NCBI GenBank assembly: GCA_964016885.1
Contig: OZ024745.1
Span: 53,320,001 to 53,384,000, forward strand
Source: Eledone cirrhosa
Lineage: Eukaryota
DNA length: 64,000 bases
Direction of reading: 5' to 3'
In this document: in pieces, positions 58,352 to 64,000 of the stretch
Position numbering within the stretch: the first letter of the stretch is position 1
Layout of the letters: every line of letters starts with the position of its first letter
The notes under the pieces: generated by a model
The model's input: the letters and a program-made list of their open reading frames with translations, nothing else
What the model was told of the DNA's origin: nothing
Databases searched by the model: none
Position numbers and translations under genes: made by a program

Positions 58352-58459
58352 AAGTATGTGTTCCTACATGTAAAAAATACATATAGGGATACAAGTATCG
58401 TCCAACCGTATACCATTTGTATCCCTATATATATTTTTCACATGTAGGAACACATACTT
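58352..58459. repeat. Inverted repeat, 43-bp arms
   Basis: aagtatgtgttcctacatgt...agggatacaa / ttgtatccct...acatgtaggaacacatactt. Confidence 0.88.
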
Positions 58460-58864
58460 TTATTATTATTCTCCCCTAAGGTTGAGAAATCTTTTGGTCG
58501 TTTGAACTGCTGCTATTTTTAGTAGCAGGACATTGACCTGTCCGCCCTACTTTCTGTCTTTACACGCGGCACTAGACAGGATTGTTTCTTTCCTCATTCA
58601 CTCTCATTCGGGAACAATTTTGTATGGCGCCAGTTTGTGATTTGAACTCGAGAATTTTATATTCTCCGAGCGAGAAAAGCCTTCTGACGAAATTCTCTTT
58701 CTCAATGGAAATCCACTTGGATTATCTGTTTATTTTGGGAATGGAAACCGCGGTAAAGGCACATATAATAAGTACAGCGAACTTTTTAAAATTTATTTTA
58801 AAACTTTTTCTCTATTTGCTAAACCTTGATTTTATATGTTCTGGCTTGTTAATTAATTAACCTT

Positions 58865-59420
58865 CTTTGCCTACTTATTCCTGAGAAGGTCATGGGGGCA
58901 GAGACATCAGTCACTTCTTCCCGCGTGTCCTGTCAGAAGGAACCATCTCCAACTGATCCGGCTGGATCCTCAAGTGAGAGCAACCAAGCTCATCGATGTT
59001 ATCCAACCATCTTGCTCGGTGTCCAACCCTGGTATTCCTGCCAGTAGGTTTTTGCCCATAAAATATGTGCAGCGATTCTTTCCTAAGACATTCTAACCAC
59101 ACGTCCATAGTATCGGTCCTGTGATGTCTCAGTTTAAATAAGTAGCGACTCTACCTCGAGTGACTCTCTGATTTCGGAGCTGCGCACTCTATCGAGTAAC
59201 GTTACTCCAGAGACCCTTCGGAAGAACCCATCGTAATTCTCTGGATTTGGATGCAATAGTATCTGCATACCTGTTTCTGACTTCCTTATCCTCCAATATT
59301 TCCCACTTTATCCTGTAGATCACCCTGGACCTGCCAGTTTTGTGGGCTTCTTCGGCTTTATATAATCTCAAGTTACAGATAACTAAATGGCGATTCGTTG
59401 ACAGCTCAGCCTCTACCTGA
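58865..59420 (-). mobile_element. Decayed, internally deleted RTE-clade LINE
   Basis: ELSTNRHLVICNL (endonuclease end) joined within ~200 bp to C-terminal motifs (RVRSSEIRESLEVE, KPTGRN...RWLDNI). Confidence 0.7.
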
Positions 59421-59554
59421 TGCCAACATAATTTTGGAAATGCTGATGGAATATTTTCCACATCATACAGATAATGTAGTGCACACGGCGGCGTTGGGGA
59501 GAATAAAGATTGAGTTTTTCTAGTCGACCCCATTAGTCAAGGCCTGTCATGCTA

Positions 59555-59680
59555 TCTATCTTTTTTTGTGATTGATGTTTGAGGTGCTTCAATTTTCATG
59601 ATTCTTTGTTTCGTGCGGGGAGACCATCCTGGACAACAGTATTCAAGATGGGGTCGGGTAAAAGTAGCGAAGAGAAGAAT
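59555..59680 (-). mobile_element. CR1/L2-type LINE fragment (RT thumb)
   Basis: RPHLEYCCPGWSPRTKQRIMKIE matches RPHLEYC...WSP..K.DI.KIE. Confidence 0.75.
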
Positions 59681-59743
59681 AATGGTGTGGATATGTCTCG
59701 ACTGGAAGGTTCTGAGAATCCAGGAACACTTTCTATTTATAAA

Positions 59744-59897
59744 GAAAAGAAATTGAAAATGCAGCTGGAATATTTTAAGAATATTTATTACTTTACCGGT
59801 TCCACAGTTCTTATGATTATCAAAAGAAATGTGAAACCGGTAAAGTAAATAAATATTCTTAAAAGATTCCAGTTGCATTCATTTTCAAATTCTTTTC
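59744..59897. mobile_element. Fold-back element centred on a hammerhead 3' half
   Basis: Imperfect arms meet at ~59818; right arm GAAACCGGTA (59833; palindromic accggt, GUA triplet), left arm carries the complement taccggttcc. Confidence 0.7.
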
Positions 59898-59941
59898 CTT
59901 CTGGACAATTCTAAGCCGGTAGAATTCATTTCTATATAAAA

Positions 59942-59975
<34 letters not shown>

Positions 59976-60110
59976 AAAGAATAGAGGTATATATATATAT
60001 ACATATGTAGGAGTGGTATTTAATTTGTTGGAATTCCGACAAACATAAATGTTTATAACTGATATAGAGCACTCAACAAGTTGCTGGAGTAAATATTCCA
60101 AGATAATAAT

Positions 60111-60297
60111 TGTTTCTACTTTAGGCACAAGGCCAGCAATTATCCAGTGCATTACTGGTACTTTATTTTATCGACCCCGTAAGGATGAAAGGCAAAGTCA
60201 ACCTCGGCGGGATTTGAACTCAGATCATAAAGGGACGTAACTATGCTGGAAAGCATGGCGTCCGACCCTCTACCGATACTGCCAATCCACCGCCCTC
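60111..60297 (-). mobile_element. tRNA-derived SINE (family A), full length, 17-bp TSD
   Basis: tattccaagataataat at 60094-60110 and 60298-60314. Confidence 0.95.
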
Positions 60298-60301
60298 TAT
60301 T

Positions 60302-60510
60302 CCAAGATAATAATAAATGGAAACTATATTTATAAAACCATATTTATTTTATTATATATATTTCAATAAAATACAAAAATTTGTTTTATAAACAAATTTT
60401 TGTATTTTATCTGATGAAAGCGCACCAAGCTTTGCTTGGTCGCCCTTGAAATATAAATAATAAAATAAATATGGTTTTATAAATATAGTTTCCATTTATT
60501 ATTATCTTGG
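60302..60510. mobile_element. Fold-back (inverted pseudo-LTR-like) element directly upstream of the PLE RT
   Basis: 60302-60366 is the reverse complement of 60446-60510; inner perfect 21-bp hairpin 60366-60410. Confidence 0.85.
60403..60467 (+). ncRNA. Type-I hammerhead ribozyme
   Basis: tattttat-CTGATGA-aagcg c accaagc ttt gcttggt cgccctt-GAAA-t ataa ATA-ataaaata; 8-bp stem I, AUA triplet. Confidence 0.78.
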
Positions 60511-60523
60511 TATATATATATAT

Positions 60524-61870
60524 AACCAAAGATTAATATGGTTCATTGATTACTCAATGAATACAGTTTTACAATAGATTAAAAGAGGTCAAGGCTAAAT
60601 CTATGGAAGGGCACTAGTGAAGTCATAGATTGGTTCAATAATATCTAAAATAAGAATAATCATAAGTTCATTCAAATGGACATAGCGAGTTATTATTCCT
60701 CGATAACTCCTAACTTACTAAATAAGGCGATAGCATATGCATATAAACACTCGGATCTATCTAGTGACGAGATAAACATTATTCTAACTGCAAGGCGAAC
60801 ATTGATAGATTTTAATAATTGTTTCTATTTTGGGCACAAGGCCAGCAATTCTTCCAGTGCATTACTGGTACTTTATTTTATCGACCCCGTAAGGATGAAA
60901 GGCAAAGTTAACCTCGACGGGATTTGAACTTAGAATGCCAAGGGCTGTAACTCTATGCGTCAAAGAGCATGGCGTCCGATCCTCTACTGATACTGCCAAT
61001 CCACCGCTATTGATAGATTTTAATAATGATCTTTGGACTAGATCTGATAGGCTGAAGAACTTTGACATTACTATGGGCTCGTCTGATTCGGCACAAGTTA
61101 CCGATCTTGTGGCAATTTTCACCCTTAACATGATCAATAGAAAACTGCCGGAAATTACCGGTGGTTTATATAGAGACGACATATTATTAGAAAAACATAA
61201 TAATAGCGAATTAAATAGAGTAAAGAAAATAATTATAAAATTTTTTTAAATTACGACCTGAAATTAGAAGTTGAAAATAACAATAAAATAGTTAATCTTT
61301 TAGATGTTACTCTTAATTTGAACTCAGGCCTTTATTATTCTTTCTATAAACTCAATGAGAACTTACATTATGTTAGTTTTTATTCTAATCATCCTAAAAG
61401 TGTTAAGAATGCAATAGTCAACAGTGTGCAACAACGAATATCCAGACTATCTGCTAATAGATCCATATTTAATAGTAAGGCTGTATATTATAATGAAGCG
61501 TTAGATAAAGCTGGAAATAACAATAATATTGACTATGTGGAAAAAAACACTGAAAATAATATTAATTATAATCACAGTATTCATAAAAATAATAATAATA
61601 ATAATAATAAAATTTACTATAAAAACAACAACTTGAGGAATAAATCGGGGAAAAAAATAAGAAGTAGATCTATAATTTGGTATGCTCCGCCAGCATTTTA
61701 ATCCATTAGAACACCTTTAGCACACTTATTTTTTAAAGCCTTGGATAAATGCTTCCCTAGATCACATAAATATTACTCTATCTTCAATAGACACACAGTT
61801 AAACTCTCTTATTCAACAACTATGAATATAGCTCAAAATATAGCAAAAATAATAGTAAAAATCTTAATTT
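60524..61870 (+). mobile_element. Penelope-like element (Naiad/Chlamys-type) reverse transcriptase pseudogene
   Basis: WKGTSEVIDWF...FIQMDIASYYSSI...FDITMGSSDSAQVTDLV...GGLYRDD...NLLDVTLNL...SNHPKS...IIWYAPP...IFNRHTVKLSYS; stops, frameshifts and a SINE insertion. Confidence 0.92.
60820..61008 (-). mobile_element. tRNA-derived SINE (family A) nested in the PLE RT, 19-bp TSD
   Basis: attgatagattttaataat at 60801-60819 and 61009-61027. Confidence 0.95.
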
Positions 61871-61974
61871 GAACCAGCAATAAATAGCGATAATAACAAT
61901 AATAACAATAATACACTAGTTTATGGGAATAACAATAATAATAGTTTAAATATGAATAATAGTAGAACACTTTA

Positions 61975-62031
<57 letters not shown>

Positions 62032-62033
<2 letters not shown>

Positions 62034-64000
62034 TTTCTTTATTAACCACAAGGGTTTACATAAAGTAGACATTAAGGACAGTGCAGGACAATGCAGGACG
62101 GTACAAATGGGCATTTCTGCGTGTAAAAAAAACAAAAATAGAGGATGTAACAAAAATAACAATGAAAATAACAATGAAAAATTCCCCAATAGGGGGGAGA
62201 CTTCGGAGGGACATTTGTGGAGAAAGCCCAGTAAAAAGCCACAATGACCCTGACCACCAAGGCAAGTGCCCTCTCCCAGTTTTCCACCTTTAGTTTACAG
62301 ATATATACTCAGAGTCGGCCCATTCACTCGGGCCATTCTTGCTTCTCTCACCCATCTTTCAACAAAATGCTGGGAAGAGAGCACTTCCTTCTCTACTCTG
62401 ATTTTCCTTTTCAAATGAAATTTGAAAAAGTCAATCAGAGCATCACCGAAGAGGTAAGTGCTCGTCTTCAGCCCTTTCAAACGTGTCCACCATACTATCT
62501 CTTTCGCCATGGCCACCAGACAGATAAAAACTGCCTGCCCTTCCCGGCTAAAGGAGGAGGGCGGGGCAATCCTCACGATAGACTCAGATGATAGCTGGAT
62601 CCGTCCTAAACGCGACAGCAGGTGTTCGACATAAACCCACAAGTCAGCAATTTTCGGACACTGGACGAGTGCGTGCAGGACGGTTTCGTCGCCCTGCGCG
62701 CATCTCGGACATGCCCGGCTGACGGCACCTCCATGCCTGTAGAGTTTATCCCGAACTGGCAAGGCTCCTCGGTAGCACTGCCAGGCCAGAGATTTCTGGA
62801 AGTTGTCCATAGGCCCTGGCCCGAAAGTTCTTCCGAAGAGATTGGCTAGTTGATTTTCGTCGACGCCTAGAGTTTCCCCAAGTACGTCGTCGCTCTTCCC
62901 CTCCACTAATCCTCTATAGAACGCCGAGGTGGAGTTTCCACCGATCACATTGCCCGACTGGTCGAGGGCTGTGAGCGCCTGAAGACATTCCAGTCTCCAG
63001 GCGCTCCCTCTCGGTCTTCGCTTGACCCAGGACTGCAGCTCCGTCAAGGAAACGAGCTGGGGAAAAACGCGTCTAGCAAACGGCGACCACACCTGATCAC
63101 CGTCGAGGAAGAGGTGGAGATGTCGTAGCCTGAGCGCGTGCCTGCGCATCATCAGCCACGGCATGCCCAGCCCTCCACGTAGCGGGTGTTGACAACAGAT
63201 GGACCGCCTGACCATCGGAGCGCGTCCCTTCCACAAAAAGCGAAAGAGCAAACGCTCCAGCGCAGTCAGGCGAGGCTTAGGACAAGATACGACGGTTAGG
63301 CGGTAGCAGATGACAGACGCGATGTACGCGTTAGCCACCTCCGCTCGACCTTTCAGGGATAGCTTCCTCTCGGCCCATTTCTGGGTGAGAGAAGCCACCC
63401 TGCTCGTCACCTCGTCCCAGTTTTTGTCCGTCTGGAGGTCCGGACCGAACCAGACCCCTAGCAATTTAACCGGTCCGTCCGTCCAGCGCCCGACGACGCT
63501 GTTGGACGGCATGGACCTGCCTCTCCAGGTGCCGAGCTGCAGGCCCACTGACTTTTCCTGGTTGATCATTGCTCCTGTCACCGCTTCGTATTCTCTTAGT
63601 GTAGTGCCGATCGCCTCGATGTGTTTGGCGTTCGACACCACTACGGTGACATCGTCCGCATATGCTGACACGGATCTTCCGCATCCTAGTTCGCGCGGGA
63701 CTCCCCTCAACGTCTCCAGTTTGTGCAGTAATGGCTCGAGAGTCAATACGTACAAGAGGGACGAGAGGGGACATCCTTGGCGGACCGAGCGCATGATGTT
63801 GAACGGTTCCGACAGGTGACCGTTCACTCTCACCACAGAGCAGATGTCACTGTGCATGGCAGCGATCCAGCCTCTGAAGACGGGCCCAAAGCCAGCCGCC
63901 CTCAGGACTGCCGCTAGGTAACGATGGTCGACCCTATCGAAAGCTTTCGACTGATCTAAATTGATCAAGGACCCACCCGTGCCAGGTTCCCTAGCTACCC
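62032..64000 (-). mobile_element. Tx1/L1-clade LINE, 3' part, ending in an (AAT)n tract
   Basis: 3' UTR ends gtggttaataaagaaatc then (ATT)n; element runs off the window. Confidence 0.93.
62295..63998 (-). CDS. Tx1/L1 ORF2, partial (RT domain and C-terminal zinc knuckle), uninterrupted, 5' end outside the window
   Basis: LDQSKAFDRVDH, SVRQGCPLS, SAYADDVT, KLLGVWFG, CPRC...ETVLHALVQC; the frame stays open to the window edge. Confidence 0.93.
   Translation of the reverse strand, partial: VAREPGTGGSLINLDQSKAFDRVDHRYLAAVLRAAGFGPVFRGWIAAMHSDICSVVRVNGHLSEPFNIMRSVRQGCPLSSLLYVLTLEPLLHKLETLRGVPRELGCGRSVSAYADDVTVVVSNAKHIEAIGTTLREYEAVTGAMINQEKSVGLQLGTWRGRSMPSNSVVGRWTDGPVKLLGVWFGPDLQTDKNWDEVTSRVASLTQKWAERKLSLKGRAEVANAYIASVICYRLTVVSCPKPRLTALERLLFRFLWKGRAPMVRRSICCQHPLRGGLGMPWLMMRRHALRLRHLHLFLDGDQVWSPFARRVFPQLVSLTELQSWVKRRPRGSAWRLECLQALTALDQSGNVIGGNSTSAFYRGLVEGKSDDVLGETLGVDENQLANLFGRTFGPGPMDNFQKSLAWQCYRGALPVRDKLYRHGGAVSRACPRCAQGDETVLHALVQCPKIADLWVYVEHLLSRLGRIQLSSESIVRIAPPSSFSREGQAVFICLVAMAKEIVWWTRLKGLKTSTYLFGDALIDFFKFHLKRKIRVEKEVLSSQHFVERWVREARMARVNGPTLSIYL

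Noticed and set aside
63310-63819. Antisense ORFs over the LINEs (also 37129-37754, 53926-54374)
   Set aside because: Shadow frames of GC-richer retroelement coding sequence

Overview
AT-rich, microsatellite-saturated eukaryotic DNA with no recognisable host protein-coding gene. The repeat landscape suggests a coleoid cephalopod, probably Octopus (inference). Almost all long ORFs in the track are translations of (TA)n, (CA)n, (ACT)n or (GGT)n repeats. The real coding remnants are all retroelements: two Penelope-like element (PLE, Naiad/Chlamys-type) fragments, Tx1/L1-clade LINEs (one still open at the right edge), two 5'-inverted RTE/RTEX LINEs, and decayed RTE, CR1 and CRE-clade pieces. There are also tRNA-derived SINEs, a non-autonomous Helitron and two minisatellites. 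The most notable hidden layer is a dozen or more minimal type-I hammerhead ribozyme (HHR) motifs, intact or decayed, in short non-coding elements between (TA)n tracts. One lies in a 467-bp-period partial tandem (retrozyme-like). Many others lie in fold-back elements of unrelated sequence whose symmetry axis falls at or inside the ribozyme, in several cases giving head-to-head HHR cores on opposite strands. All folds and alignments were done by eye; nothing was searched or computed.
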